Numbered from the stretch's first letter, positions 19,089-29,720 are shown. The stretch is 64,000 nucleotides of DNA from Candidatus Pacearchaeota archaeon (GCA_018303845.1 JAGVXH010000005.1:6665-70664); one strand, 5' to 3'. Numbers and translations are program-made. Notes: generated by a model from the sequence alone, not told the origin.

Positions 19089-19135
19089 ATCCATGTGAAA
19101 CATGCGCCGAAGGTGCATAGTTTTACATGGAACCC
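19089..19135. repeat. REP-like hairpin with cGAAg loop
   Basis: CCATGTGAAACATGCGCC-GAA-GGTGCATAGTTTTACATGG-AACCC; relatives at 31457, 38575 and 55618. Confidence 0.85.
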
Positions 19136-19176
19136 AAAGCCGCTAAAGACTAACAGCTAAAGGCTAACAGCTAATT

Positions 19177-20001
19177 TCAAATCTTCTTCTTCAAAATACC
19201 CTTAAACCTCAAAAAGAAATAAACCTCAACAACCAAAACCCCAATCAAAACCAAATCATAAACCAAATCCAAATAATGCCTGTAAACAAAAAAATAATAC
19301 AAAGCATAAAGATAAAAAAATCCTCTCATATAAACAACCCAATTAGCATAAAAATAATTCACCCTAAAATCCTTCTTGTTCTTCTTTAAAATTTTATTAT
19401 AATGATAGGAATAAACAAAGCAAATTAAAAAAATTAAAAAAACAATTCCAAGTGTAAAAACAAAAAAAACAGCAACTCCAATAAAAACAACATATCCCAA
19501 AAACATAGAAAGCCACTTCCTATCCAAATATTCATAACAAAGAATAAACCCGAAAACAACCCCAATCCATCCAGCAAAATTACTAGGCGGAATAAAGGAA
19601 AAAATATTACCACCGCCAACAGCAGCACTCCAGGTCCAATATCCAAGATTAACACTAACCCCTTCAATTACAAAGTCAACAATAGTCACGAAAAGCGGAA
19701 TAAAAAATACCCTAGAAATCTTAGACATCTTAAGTTTCAAAGAAAGTAAATAAGCCCCAAAAATCAAAATCGCCCAATCAAGAAAAATAAAAAGCGGAGT
19801 TCTAAAAATATAAATCAAAAACTCATTCGAATAAAAATAACCACTAGTCACATCAGCAAATAATAGCACATTAAGATTCTCAAAAAGTATTGCAAAAACT
19901 GTAACATAAACCAAAAAATCCAACTTCTTAATTTTATAAGCAATATAAAAAACTATAAAATAAAGTAATATCCCAACAACCTCAACAGCCAAAATATCCA
20001 T
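19177..20001 (-). CDS. CruF/DUF422-like (carotenoid biosynthesis family) membrane protein
   Basis: Multi-TM; FE..., PLFI..W, D...E...V..GYWTW and IPPSNFAGW motifs. Confidence 0.65.
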   Translation of the reverse strand: MDILAVEVVGILLYFIVFYIAYKIKKLDFLVYVTVFAILFENLNVLLFADVTSGYFYSNEFLIYIFRTPLFIFLDWAILIFGAYLLSLKLKMSKISRVFFIPLFVTIVDFVIEGVSVNLGYWTWSAAVGGGNIFSFIPPSNFAGWIGVVFGFILCYEYLDRKWLSMFLGYVVFIGVAVFFVFTLGIVFLIFLICFVYSYHYNKILKKNKKDFRVNYFYANWVVYMRGFFYLYALYYFFVYRHYLDLVYDLVLIGVLVVEVYFFLRFKGILKKKI

Positions 20002-20220
20002 TCTCACAAAAAATAAAACAATCAAGATTATTTAAAATCTCCCCACATGACCCCTTTTTGTTGCACAACTCATTAAAAATCAGTTTTCGGGAAACGACGC
20101 TTTCTCGAAAACCGGATATTTGAAAATCATATATTTTCAATTTCTGGTGAAATCTGACAGGATTTCGCCAAAGCTCCCCACAGAAGACTTAAAAATCCAC
20201 TCAATCTCCTAAACTCAAGC

Positions 20221-20293
20221 AGTCCCGTAGTCTAGTGGTCAAGGATTCTGGGTTTTGGTCCCAGCGACCGAGGTTCGAATCCTCGCGGGGCTA
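20221..20293 (+). tRNA. tRNA-Gln(TTG)
   Basis: AGTCCCG/CGGGGCT acceptor, CTGGG-TTTTGGT-CCCAG anticodon arm, CGAGG-TTCGAAT-CCTCG. Confidence 0.93.
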
Positions 20294-20384
20294 TTTTTAT
20301 TCGAACCCTTGAGTTTGGAGAAAATCTTCAGATTTTTTCCAGGAAATTTTTAATTTCCGTGTCCGAGCTTGTTCCAAGCGAAGG

Positions 20385-20403
20385 CGAATCCTCGCGGGGC
20401 TAT
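20385..20403 (+). repeat. Duplicated 3' end of tRNA-Gln (att-like)
   Basis: CGAATCCTCGCGGGGCTAT is identical to 20276-20294. Confidence 0.9.
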
Positions 20404-20437
20404 ATTTTACAAATCCCAGTACATTTTTCGCAAAATT

Positions 20438-20469
20438 CTAATGGCTAATGGCTAATGGCTAATGGCTAA
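20438..20469. repeat. Heptamer tandem repeat (CTAATGG)x4
   Basis: Read directly; upstream of the rps15 promoter. Confidence 0.9.
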
Positions 20470-20513
20470 AACCCAACCCTAAACCTTAAAAAGCCAAAAT
20501 TCGAAACATTACA

Positions 20514-20876
20514 ATGGCAGAAATGGCAAAACCAACATGGGTTAAAATGAAAGAACCCGAATTAAAAAAAATCATCTTAGAACTTTCAGCAACATACGCA
20601 CCATCTCAAATAGGAATTATTCTTCGAGACCAATACGGAGTCCCAACAACAAAAGTCTTCGGTAAAAAGTTAAAAGCCTATCTAAAAGAACTAGGAATCA
20701 ACAGAAACGAAGACCTAGAAAACGCAGAAAAAAAAGTAGACAAAATGAAAGAACATCTAAAAAACAATATCACAGACCGAAGCGCAAAACACAAGCTACA
20801 ACACGCACAATCCCGCCTAAACATCACAAAGAAATACTTCGGGATCACGGGCAGAGACAAAAAGGCCAAAAAATAA
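20514..20876 (+). CDS. rps15: 30S ribosomal protein S15 (uS15)
   Basis: PSQIGIILRDQYGVP, EDL, HLKNN.TD. Confidence 0.95.
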   Translation: MAEMAKPTWVKMKEPELKKIILELSATYAPSQIGIILRDQYGVPTTKVFGKKLKAYLKELGINRNEDLENAEKKVDKMKEHLKNNITDRSAKHKLQHAQSRLNITKKYFGITGRDKKAKK

Positions 20877-20924
20877 GCCAAAGTTACCTAAATCTTTTTA
20901 AGTCAATCTAAATTCCCTACATCC

Positions 20925-22274
20925 ATGTTAAAAGAGATTGATACTTTCGTAAAAGAGTTTCTAAAAATTTCGGAGAACAAACCCATAAGAATCATCTCAC
21001 ATCACGACACCGACGGAATAACAAGCGCCGCAATTCTAGCAAAAACATTCTCCAGACTAGACAAAAAATTCTCAATCAGAATAGTCAAGGGGCTAGAAAA
21101 TTCCATCATAAAAGAAGAACTAACCAGACAACCAGCAGAAATAATCCTCTTCTCAGACTTAGCCTCAAGCAATCTCGACCATTTCAAAGACATTACACAC
21201 CCAGTTTTCATCATAGACCATCACGAAATAGACAAAACCAAAATCAACAAAAACACAAAAATCATCAACCCGCACCTAACCGATTCCCCAGAAAACAACC
21301 AAGCCACAGGGGCTGGACTCTGCTATCTCTTCGCAAAAGCAATTTCATCAAATAACCAAGGACTTTCAAGCCTGGCAGTCATCGGATTAATTGGAGACCG
21401 ATACGAAACAAACCTTTCAAAAATAAATCAACAAATAATAAGAGACGCAACAGACCTCCAAATCAAAAAAGGAATCGCAATCTATCCAGCAACAAGGCCC
21501 CTAAGACGAGCACTTGAATGGTCAACAAATCCTTTCATCCCAGGAGTTACAGGCTCAAGCCCAGGTGCGATGGAAATCCTCCGAGAAACAGGAATCCCTT
21601 ATGACAAAACATTGCTCGAACTCTCCGACGATGAAATGTCAAAACTAATAACCGCAGTTATGATAAGACGAACTGGATACAACAAAGCAGATGACATTTT
21701 AGGAAACCTCTACATCTTAAAATTCTTCAACACAAAAGAAGACGTCCGCGAAATCTCAACCCTAATCAACGCATGCTCCAGGCTAGGTTATTCCGACATC
21801 GCAATCTCATACTGCCTAGAATCAGAATCCGCAAAAGCCCAGGCCCTAGACATCTACACAAAATACAAACAAGAACTAGTCTCAGGTCTAAAAGTAGCGG
21901 AAAAAATGGAAAAAATAAAAGGCAAAGGCTTCGTCATCCTAAACGCAAAAGACCAAATCAAAGACGCAATCGTAGGAACAATCTGCTCAATGCTATCAAG
22001 TTCCCCAACATACGACGAAGGAACAATTCTAATAGGAATGGCATACAGCGAAGACAAAATCAAAGTCTCAGCAAGAATAGTCGGACAAGAAGGACGAAAC
22101 CTAAAAGAAGTCTTAGAAAAAACCGTAATCACATTCAGAGGAGAAAACCCACTAACAATAGCCGAAGTCGGAGGTCACCATTTCGCAGCAGGCTGCCTAG
22201 TTGAAAGAGACAAAGAAACCTCATTCATAGAAGTCCTAAAAAAAGAACTAGAAGTTGAAATAGTAAAAGTATAA
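20925..22274 (+). CDS. RecJ-like DHH/DHHA1 phosphoesterase
   Basis: HHDTDG, IIDHH, GD, EVGGHHFAAG; conserved archaeal position after rps15. Confidence 0.9.
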   Translation: MLKEIDTFVKEFLKISENKPIRIISHHDTDGITSAAILAKTFSRLDKKFSIRIVKGLENSIIKEELTRQPAEIILFSDLASSNLDHFKDITHPVFIIDHHEIDKTKINKNTKIINPHLTDSPENNQATGAGLCYLFAKAISSNNQGLSSLAVIGLIGDRYETNLSKINQQIIRDATDLQIKKGIAIYPATRPLRRALEWSTNPFIPGVTGSSPGAMEILRETGIPYDKTLLELSDDEMSKLITAVMIRRTGYNKADDILGNLYILKFFNTKEDVREISTLINACSRLGYSDIAISYCLESESAKAQALDIYTKYKQELVSGLKVAEKMEKIKGKGFVILNAKDQIKDAIVGTICSMLSSSPTYDEGTILIGMAYSEDKIKVSARIVGQEGRNLKEVLEKTVITFRGENPLTIAEVGGHHFAAGCLVERDKETSFIEVLKKELEVEIVKV

Positions 22275-22284
22275 TTTCTCGTCC

Positions 22285-23871
22285 TTATACCTTATACCTT
22301 ATAGCCGCCTTAACAAAACCCAAGAACAAAGGCGCCGGTTTAAGTAGTGAACTCTTAAGTTCCGGATGAGCTTGCGTCGCCACAAAGTACGGATGATTCT
22401 CTAATTCAATAAATTCAACCAAAGTCCCATCTGGAGAAATCCCACTCAAAACCAGACCCTTCCCTTCCAGCGCCCCATGATAAACAGGATTCACCTCATA
22501 TCGATGTCGATGTCGTTCACTTACTTCATCATTTCCATACAAATCAAAAACTTTCGACCCCTTCTTAATATAAGCCACATAGGCCCCAAGTCTCATCGTC
22601 CCGCCTTTCTCCGTAACACTTTTTTGCGATTCCATAATATCCACAACAGGATGTTTACAATTCTTATCAACCTCCGTAGTATTCGCGCCATTAAGCCCAC
22701 AAACATTCCGCGCAAACTCAATCACAGCCATCTGTAACCCATAACAAATTCCCAAAAACGGAACACCTTTCTCTCGACAAAACTTAACAACATCAATCTT
22801 CCCCTCAACACCTCGCGACCCAAATCCTCCAGGAACGATAACACCGTCAACACCATCCAAATTACAACAATCATCTTTTTCCGTATCAATCCATCGTAAC
22901 TTAACCCGAACCCCAAGCGTCGCCTCACAATGTCGAAGTGCCTCAATAATACTAGCATAAGAATCTTCTAGTGAAGTATACTTCCCCGCAATGCCCACAA
23001 CAATTTCTCGAGTCGCACGCTCTCTCTTCTCAATCAAGCATTTCCATCTATCCAAATCAACCCTAATCGGCATATTGAGTCGTCGAGCAATCAACTGCGA
23101 CATACCCTGCTCCTCAAAACTCAAAGGAATCTTGTAAACATCATCAACATCAATCCCAGTCAAAACTTTATCAAAATCCAAATTCCCAAATTTCGCGATC
23201 TTCCCCTTAATAGAATCAGTCAACATCTCACTACATCGAGCAATCACAACATCCGGGTCAATCCCTCTCTGTCTAAGCAAATTCACACTCTGCTGCGTCG
23301 GCTTCGACTTCTGCTCATCAACCCCATAAGGAATCGGAACATAAGTCAAATGCACAAACAAAATATTCTCACGTCCAACCTTTCGAGCAAGACTTCGAAC
23401 CGCATCCAAATACAATTCATTTTCCATGTCCCCAATCGTCCCACCAACCTCAATCATAACAACATCAGCCTTAGCATCATCACCAACTTTCAAAAAATGT
23501 TCCCTTATAAAATTTGAAACATGTGGAATCATCTGCACCGTCTTCCCCAAATAATCTCCTCGTCGTTCCTTTTTCCTAATCTCATCAAAAACTCGCCCCA
23601 TTGTAAGATTCCAGTCCCCATTACACGGCACTCCAAGAAACCTCTCATAATGCCCAAAATCCATATCAACCTCACCGCCATCATCCAAAACAAAAACCTC
23701 ACCATGCTCAATCGGATTCATTGTCCCAGGATCCACATTCAAATAACCATCACACTTAATCGGAACAACCTTATACGACGAAGATAAAATATTCCCAATC
23801 GAAGCCATCGCAATCCCCTTCCCAAGCCCCGACAAAACACCTCCAGTCACCACAATATATTTTCGCTGCAT
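22285..23871 (-). CDS. pyrG: CTP synthase
   Basis: VTGGVLSGLGKG, YLNVDPGTMNP.EHGEVFV, GICYG, ERHRHRYE, QAHPE. Confidence 0.98.
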   Translation of the reverse strand: MQRKYIVVTGGVLSGLGKGIAMASIGNILSSSYKVVPIKCDGYLNVDPGTMNPIEHGEVFVLDDGGEVDMDFGHYERFLGVPCNGDWNLTMGRVFDEIRKKERRGDYLGKTVQMIPHVSNFIREHFLKVGDDAKADVVMIEVGGTIGDMENELYLDAVRSLARKVGRENILFVHLTYVPIPYGVDEQKSKPTQQSVNLLRQRGIDPDVVIARCSEMLTDSIKGKIAKFGNLDFDKVLTGIDVDDVYKIPLSFEEQGMSQLIARRLNMPIRVDLDRWKCLIEKRERATREIVVGIAGKYTSLEDSYASIIEALRHCEATLGVRVKLRWIDTEKDDCCNLDGVDGVIVPGGFGSRGVEGKIDVVKFCREKGVPFLGICYGLQMAVIEFARNVCGLNGANTTEVDKNCKHPVVDIMESQKSVTEKGGTMRLGAYVAYIKKGSKVFDLYGNDEVSERHRHRYEVNPVYHGALEGKGLVLSGISPDGTLVEFIELENHPYFVATQAHPELKSSLLKPAPLFLGFVKAAIRYKV

Positions 23872-24002
23872 ACCAATAAAACGACAAACTACTTTTAAAC
23901 AATATTATACTCGAATACATACATTTCCAAAAAACCACGCGAATAAAATAAAAAAATCCGACTACCCCAAACACTTAAAAACCAAAATCTTCACTCAACA
24001 AT

Positions 24003-24173
24003 ATGGAACAAAAAGGAAAATTCATAAAAGTGAAATGCCCAAAATGCAAAGAATCACAAACAATTTTCGGAAAAGCCTCAACGAAAGTAAGATGCCTAGG
24101 TTGCAACACAATCCTAGCCCTGCCTTCATCTGGAAAAGCAAAAATCCGAGCGAAAGTCGAAGAAGTCTTGTAA
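24003..24173 (+). CDS. rps27e: 30S ribosomal protein S27e
   Basis: Manual translation MEQKGKFIKVKCPKCKESQTIFGKASTKVRCLGCNTILALPSSGKAKI; precedes aIF2-alpha. Confidence 0.95.
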   Translation: MEQKGKFIKVKCPKCKESQTIFGKASTKVRCLGCNTILALPSSGKAKIRAKVEEVL

Positions 24174-24212
24174 GCTCAAAGTCTTTAAATAAACGAATTT
24201 CTTAAATCTAAC

Positions 24213-24917
24213 ATGAACGAAGGCGACCTAATACTCTGCAAAGTGAAAGAAGTCACAAACACAATCACATTCGTAGAAATGCCAAACGGACAAGAAGGAA
24301 CAATTATCTCTTCAGAAATAGCAGCAGGCCGAATCAAACTAATGCGACAATACGTAGTCCCAAACAAACAAATCGTATGCAAAGTCCTAAGAATCGACGG
24401 CAATAACGTCAACTTATCCCTAAGACGAGTAACATCAAAAGAAAAAAAAGAAGTAATGCAAAAATTCAAACAAATCCAAGCAGTCAACGTAGCATTCAAA
24501 CAAATCTTACAAAAAGGAGAAGAAGAAATCAAAGAAAAGATTTTGAAAGATTTTGAAAATCTATTAGAATTCGTAACAGAAGTCAAGACAAACCAAAAAC
24601 TTATACAAAAATATATACCAGAAGAATACCAAGAAGCACTAGAAAAAATAATTAACAAAAAACGAAAAAACGAACAACTTAAACAAAGCATAAAAATCAA
24701 ATGCCTAGAAAGTGACGGAATAACACGAATCAAAAAAATCTTCGACTTAAAAAACGAAAACATCAAAGTAAACTACATCTCCGCAGGACAACTTTCTCTA
24801 AAATTAACCGTAGAAGATTTCAAGCAAGGGAAAAAAGAAATGACAGACTTATTAGAAGAATTGGAAAAAAGAGCCAAAGAAAATAATTGCGAATTCTTTG
24901 CAACCGAAGACAAATAA
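24213..24917 (+). CDS. eif2a: Translation initiation factor 2 alpha subunit
   Basis: S1 domain EGDLI...SEIA..., VCKVLRID..NVNLSLRRV; rps27e-aIF2a-nop10 synteny. Confidence 0.9.
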   Translation: MNEGDLILCKVKEVTNTITFVEMPNGQEGTIISSEIAAGRIKLMRQYVVPNKQIVCKVLRIDGNNVNLSLRRVTSKEKKEVMQKFKQIQAVNVAFKQILQKGEEEIKEKILKDFENLLEFVTEVKTNQKLIQKYIPEEYQEALEKIINKKRKNEQLKQSIKIKCLESDGITRIKKIFDLKNENIKVNYISAGQLSLKLTVEDFKQGKKEMTDLLEELEKRAKENNCEFFATEDK

Positions 24918-24918
24918 A

Positions 24919-25101
24919 ATGGAAACCGAAGATGTTAACATCATATCAAGTGGCGCAAGACTAAAAAAATGTCCAAAATGCAAAACCTATACCCTCAAAG
25001 ACATTTGTAAAACATGTTCCCAAAAAACCCAGTCCGCACACTACATCTTTCCAAAAATCAAAAACGCCCCGCCAAGGTCGGCCCCATTCAAGAGAAAATA
25101 A
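24919..25101 (+). CDS. nop10: Ribosome biogenesis protein Nop10
   Basis: LKKCPKCKTYTLKDICKTC..KT.SAH; synteny. Confidence 0.85.
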   Translation: METEDVNIISSGARLKKCPKCKTYTLKDICKTCSQKTQSAHYIFPKIKNAPPRSAPFKRK

Positions 25102-25102
25102 T

Positions 25103-25729
25103 CTAGCCTCTGGGCTCCAACTTAAAATCTCTCAAAAAATCCTTAACAATCTCCATATCCTCTTCCCAAAGCGGCGTAAGCTTAGTCCGATTATAAATTA
25201 TCGCAGCCGGATGAAATAACGGAATCAACCTTATTTTCAAACCCTCAATCTCAACATCCAAAACTCTACCATGAACCTCCGTTATCCCGGGCATCTTCCC
25301 CATATCTTCAACTTTTCCTTTCGCCAAAAAAAATTTCGTCGCATAATTTCCAAGAGAACAAACAATCCTCGGACGAATCTCACGAATCTGTTTCAATAAC
25401 CAAGGAGTATGTGCAATAATCTCTTCAACACTAGGGTCCCGATTCTCAGGCGGCCGACATTTCAAAATATTAGCAACATAAATATCATCCAAGCTAAGTC
25501 CCACGTTAGCCAAAAGTTTATCCAGATTCTTCCCTGCCGCCCCAACAAACGGGAACCCCTGCAAATCTTCGTTACGCCCAGGGGCTTCCCCAACAAACAT
25601 AATACCCGCACTCAAATTCCCCTTCCCAACAACGATATTTGTACAATCCCTAAAAAGCTCCGTCCTCTTAACAAGTGCCGCCTCTAAAAAATTAAATTCC
25701 TCCGACCTTTTATTAGATTCCATAAACAA
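25103..25729 (-). CDS. udg: Uracil-DNA glycosylase family 4
   Basis: FVGEAPG.NED..G.PFVG, NILKCRPPENRDP, FHPAA. Confidence 0.95.
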   Translation of the reverse strand: MFMESNKRSEEFNFLEAALVKRTELFRDCTNIVVGKGNLSAGIMFVGEAPGRNEDLQGFPFVGAAGKNLDKLLANVGLSLDDIYVANILKCRPPENRDPSVEEIIAHTPWLLKQIREIRPRIVCSLGNYATKFFLAKGKVEDMGKMPGITEVHGRVLDVEIEGLKIRLIPLFHPAAIIYNRTKLTPLWEEDMEIVKDFLRDFKLEPRG

Positions 25730-25758
25730 TTAAAACCCACAATATTAATAAATTCTAT

Positions 25759-25830
25759 GCTCTCGTAGTTCAAAGGATAGAACACACCGTTGCGGTCGGT
25801 GAAATCGGAGTTCAATTCTTCGCGAGAGCG
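25759..25830 (+). tRNA. tRNA-Arg(GCG)
   Basis: GCTCTCG/CGAGAGC acceptor, CACCG-TTGCGGT-CGGTG anticodon arm, CGGAG-TTCAATT-CTTCG. Confidence 0.92.
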
Positions 25831-25935
25831 TTTACTGTGACTGGGGTTAAAGAAAATCTATAGATTTTCTTTCAGAAAATTTATTTTACAAAAGATATAA
25901 TAAAAATTCAATTCCCCACAAAAACATAAATCAAC

Positions 25936-26241
25936 TTATCTCTCAAAAAGAATATCTCCAATATCCTGCAACCTTTTCCATCCCGCGCTAGCCTCATCCG
26001 CCCTTCTCCTCCACTCCAAAGAAGATAACTCATAAGCCTTGCCAATTATCCTCTCAAAATCTTTACTTCCAGAACAAACAACCTTATGCCCACAAGCTCC
26101 CTCAACTAAACTCCAATCAGGACGAATTTCCCAAATAGCCTCCAAAATATCATGCGTATATTTAGCCCTACTCCCGACTTTTAAAAAAAGCTCTTCATTT
26201 TCTCGATATAAAAACAAATACTTATCTCCCATAAAAAACAA
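25936..26241 (-). CDS. Hypothetical protein
   Basis: ORF with host minus-strand codon bias; likely start at MGDKY. Confidence 0.6.
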   Translation of the reverse strand: MFFMGDKYLFLYRENEELFLKVGSRAKYTHDILEAIWEIRPDWSLVEGACGHKVVCSGSKDFERIIGKAYELSSLEWRRRADEASAGWKRLQDIGDILFER

Positions 26242-26292
26242 AACAAAAAACCACTTATAAAAATCTGTATACTAAAAAACAACCTTTCAAAA

Positions 26293-27768
26293 TCAACCCT
26301 TAAAATTAGAAGCTTCCTTAACTCCCATAATATCATGTGGCTTAGCCTCAATCTGCCCAGCGCTAGTTACTCGATTAAAAGCTTTCCCTTGCAACTCTAA
26401 AATATTCCTAGCCCCAACATAACCCATTCCACTCCGAAGACCTCCAACATACTGAAATATAATATCTTTCACTGGACCCTTATATGGGACCATTCCCTCA
26501 ACACCCTCAGGAACCATCTTGCCAACACTTTGAGAATACCTCTCGATAGAACTAGCATTATCAGTCATCGCTCCAGCAGACCCCATCCCTCGATAAGATT
26601 TAAACTTCTGACCTCCAATCTGAAGCGACTCACCAGGCGCCTCCTCAGTCCCAGCAAAAACACTTCCCATCATAACAACTGATGCCCCAGCAGCAATAGC
26701 CTTCACAACATCCCCGCTATATCGAATACCGCCATCGGCAATAATACACTTCCCAACTTCCTTAGCCGCACGAGAAGCTTCTGATATAGCCGTAATCTGA
26801 GGAACCCCAGCGCCAGAAACAACCCGCGTAGTACAAATCGAACCAGGACCAATTCCAACCTTAACAACATCAGCACCAGCCTCAAACAAAGCCCTTGCCC
26901 CTTCATAAGTCGCAACATTTCCCGCCACCAAAACAAAATCATAATCCTTCCTAAACTTCGCATTCACATTCTTAACAGTTTCAATCACATTCCGAGAATG
27001 TCCATGCGCCGTCCCAACCAACAAAACATCACAACCCTTCTTGAGCAATCTCTCGACTCGCCCCAAATCATTCACGCCAACATTTGCCCCAACACGAAGT
27101 CGACCTTTAGCGTCTAAATTATATAAATGCCTATCTCCCTCAACAATACTCTTCACATCCTTAAAAGAATACATCCCACAAAGTTGCCTCTCCTCATCAA
27201 CCAAAATCAACTTAGGAACTCGCCGTTTCATCATCAGATGATAAGCCTCAACAACGCTAGTAGTCCCCGAAGCAACAACGACATCTTTAACCATAAAATC
27301 CCTAACAAAACTATCTTCCCCAGCAAACTGCATCTTGTCCCCAGTCACCAACCCAACAACACGCCTATCCTCGTCTACAACAACCAATGAAGAAAAACGA
27401 TTCCTATATCTTCTCAAAACTTCCAAAACATCTTTCTTAGTTTGACTGCCCAAAACACTAATCGGCTTCTCAATTTTTCTGTTTAATGTATTCTTAACAT
27501 CTTCAACCGCCAAAACCTGAGACTCCAAATCACTCTTCCAAAGAAAACCAATCCCACCTTCAAACGCCATAGCACGAGCCATATCAGCTCCACAAACCGT
27601 ATCCATATCCGCAGCAATAAATGGAATCTTCAGAGAAAAGCCCTTAGTCAAATCAACATTCAACAAAACATCCGACGGCAAAACCTCACTATATCCAGGG
27701 ACAAGTAAAACATCATCAAAAGTCAAACCCAGACCTTCTTCCCTAGCCTTTCCTAAAACATCTGCCAT
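26293..27768 (-). CDS. guaB: IMP dehydrogenase
   Basis: [13 protein letters not shown] pair, [31 protein letters not shown]. Confidence 0.97.
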   Translation of the reverse strand: MADVLGKAREEGLGLTFDDVLLVPGYSEVLPSDVLLNVDLTKGFSLKIPFIAADMDTVCGADMARAMAFEGGIGFLWKSDLESQVLAVEDVKNTLNRKIEKPISVLGSQTKKDVLEVLRRYRNRFSSLVVVDEDRRVVGLVTGDKMQFAGEDSFVRDFMVKDVVVASGTTSVVEAYHLMMKRRVPKLILVDEERQLCGMYSFKDVKSIVEGDRHLYNLDAKGRLRVGANVGVNDLGRVERLLKKGCDVLLVGTAHGHSRNVIETVKNVNAKFRKDYDFVLVAGNVATYEGARALFEAGADVVKVGIGPGSICTTRVVSGAGVPQITAISEASRAAKEVGKCIIADGGIRYSGDVVKAIAAGASVVMMGSVFAGTEEAPGESLQIGGQKFKSYRGMGSAGAMTDNASSIERYSQSVGKMVPEGVEGMVPYKGPVKDIIFQYVGGLRSGMGYVGARNILELQGKAFNRVTSAGQIEAKPHDIMGVKEASNFKG

Positions 27769-27808
27769 ACAAAAAAACAGATTCTTCCTTTTTAAAATTT
27801 TATATAAG

Positions 27809-28528
27809 CTATTTTTCCAGCCTTAACTCTCTAATAATTTCCCCATCCAATTTTACAGGATTATGCCTACAAAAAAATTCCACCCGACTCGAATCCCGAT
27901 GCGCATCATCATAACACATTCCCTTCGCCATCAAATTCCTCTCATGCAACTCATGAAGCAAAACAAATTTCCTTTCACTCAAAGAAACATCATTATCAAT
28001 CCAAACCTCTCCTTCTGGAACAAACTTGTAAACCTTATCATGTCCACCTTCAGTAAAATCAAGAAAAAACAAACTTCTAACCAATTCTCCATCAACAATC
28101 CAAACACTAACTCTCTTATTGCAATATTTCTTTATCTGTTTAATTCTAACTTTCTTCAATAATTCTTCTCTAGGCATGTCCCCAATTCCCTTAGCCAAAA
28201 CAACTCCCTTTGCCCGTTCACTCTTCTCCATAACATCCGCCCGGCAAACAGCCTCATCATGAGGGACCCCCTTGGCAAGCAACCGATGCATCATAAGCAT
28301 ACTATCAATATAATATCTCTCTTCTCCAAGCGACCTTTCCGTATCAATCCAAAACTCATTTTTAGGAATAAACGAAAATCTATAATGCTGTCCATAATTA
28401 GTAAACTCCTCGTCAATCTTCGTCCTAATATATTCTCCATCAACAAACCAAACCTTAAACTTATCAACATCACAAATCTTCTTCACATAGACTTTCTTTA
28501 ACTTAGACAAACCCTCTTTACCTACCAC
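27809..28528 (-). CDS. Hypothetical protein with two tandem homologous domains; zincin-like HExxE motif in the second
   Basis: VW.VDGE..R...D/EFT..G....Y/F.F.P..E.WID occurs twice; LLHELHER...YDDAH only in repeat 2. Confidence 0.65.
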   Translation of the reverse strand: MVGKEGLSKLKKVYVKKICDVDKFKVWFVDGEYIRTKIDEEFTNYGQHYRFSFIPKNEFWIDTERSLGEERYYIDSMLMMHRLLAKGVPHDEAVCRADVMEKSERAKGVVLAKGIGDMPREELLKKVRIKQIKKYCNKRVSVWIVDGELVRSLFFLDFTEGGHDKVYKFVPEGEVWIDNDVSLSERKFVLLHELHERNLMAKGMCYDDAHRDSSRVEFFCRHNPVKLDGEIIRELRLEK

Positions 28529-28585
28529 GCAACAAACAAGAACTCATTCCTTAAAAACTTGCCTCAAAAATTATCCAGAATAAAT

Positions 28586-28661
28586 CCCACAAGAAGACAA
28601 GCGAGTCGAAGACTCCTTGGCTTTTTGTGGAAATAAAAACCAACAATTTTAATTCTTAGCA
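28586..28661. repeat. Dispersed palindromic repeat, short hairpin form plus shared 3' tail
   Basis: CCACAAGAAGACAAGCGAGTC-GAA-GACTCCTTGGCTTTTTGTGG, then a tail shared with 29808-29838. Confidence 0.9.
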
Positions 28662-28737
28662 ACCCCAAATCTACCTTTTCCAAGGCTGGCTTCACCTCTA
28701 GGCAAAAAATTCCCCTTGCTCATTGCAGTTTCAAAAA

Positions 28738-29679
28738 TCACATTTTCTCAAACGCCAAAATCTGTTCATCACCCTTCTTCTTATTTTCCCTCAAAAAAAC
28801 CTCACCATCTCTTCTTACAATCCTATCATAACTTTCCCTATCAACATCTACCGCACTCCCACCAAAAACAAACCCAACATCCTCAGCAATAATCCCGCCA
28901 CCATGCGCTTCACAATCACAAAGCTTACTAATATCTTTAATAATATTAACATAAAAAACCTTATCAAAATTATCCTCAGCAGTCTTAGCACAATCTGCAA
29001 GCAATTTATCAAAGACTTCCACATTGGGTTTCAACGCCCCGGCAGGACAATGCACACAACAATTACTACACCCATAACAGTCACTAAAAATAGGCCCATC
29101 CTCCCCCATCTTAATAAAATCCAAAGGACATTTGGTTTCGCAAATCCCACATTTATTACAGGCACTTTTATTAAATTCATAGTGTCCTCCATTATGAATC
29201 GCACCCTTAGACTTCTTTGTCACAGCACCCATTCCTAAATTCTTAATCGCACCACCAAATCCACTACAAGGATGCCCCTTTACATGACTAATCACAAAAA
29301 CTCCATCCGCTTCAATCAAGTCACTACTAATCTCATAATCCATATATCGTCCCTTCTTTACAGCAAAATCATCATTAATTCGAATCTCACCAAACTCTCC
29401 ATAACCTTTAGATAATGCATATTCCCGATGCTTAACGGAATCAGCACGAATACTATCATAAGCAACCAACGAATCATACAAAACCAAATCATAACCAAGC
29501 TCCTTTAAAATATCCATAAACGGCCTAATCTTATCGGGAGTCAAACTTGTCTGATTACCAGGCTCTCCAAAATGAAGTTTTACAACAATACTTTTGCACC
29601 CAGAAAAAACTTCTCCCACCCTCTCTTTAAGTTTAATCAAAAATTCTTTACTCAACTCTTCGCCAAAAACAGCCACCAT
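28738..29679 (-). CDS. DUF362 domain Fe-S protein with a 2x[4Fe-4S] ferredoxin insert
   Basis: VKLHFGEPGN, SHVKGH...FGGAIKNLGMG, CxxCxxCxxxCP twice, CDC. Confidence 0.9.
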   Translation of the reverse strand: MVAVFGEELSKEFLIKLKERVGEVFSGCKSIVVKLHFGEPGNQTSLTPDKIRPFMDILKELGYDLVLYDSLVAYDSIRADSVKHREYALSKGYGEFGEIRINDDFAVKKGRYMDYEISSDLIEADGVFVISHVKGHPCSGFGGAIKNLGMGAVTKKSKGAIHNGGHYEFNKSACNKCGICETKCPLDFIKMGEDGPIFSDCYGCSNCCVHCPAGALKPNVEVFDKLLADCAKTAEDNFDKVFYVNIIKDISKLCDCEAHGGGIIAEDVGFVFGGSAVDVDRESYDRIVRRDGEVFLRENKKKGDEQILAFEKM

Positions 29680-29720
29680 ACATAAAACGAATAATCAACA
29701 TTTATATCTTTTTGCAAAAC

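Noticed and set aside
19089-19135. Hairpins as canonical integron attC sites
   Set aside because: They lack RYYYAAC/GTTRRRY core sites in the required arrangement, and no integron integrase is present.
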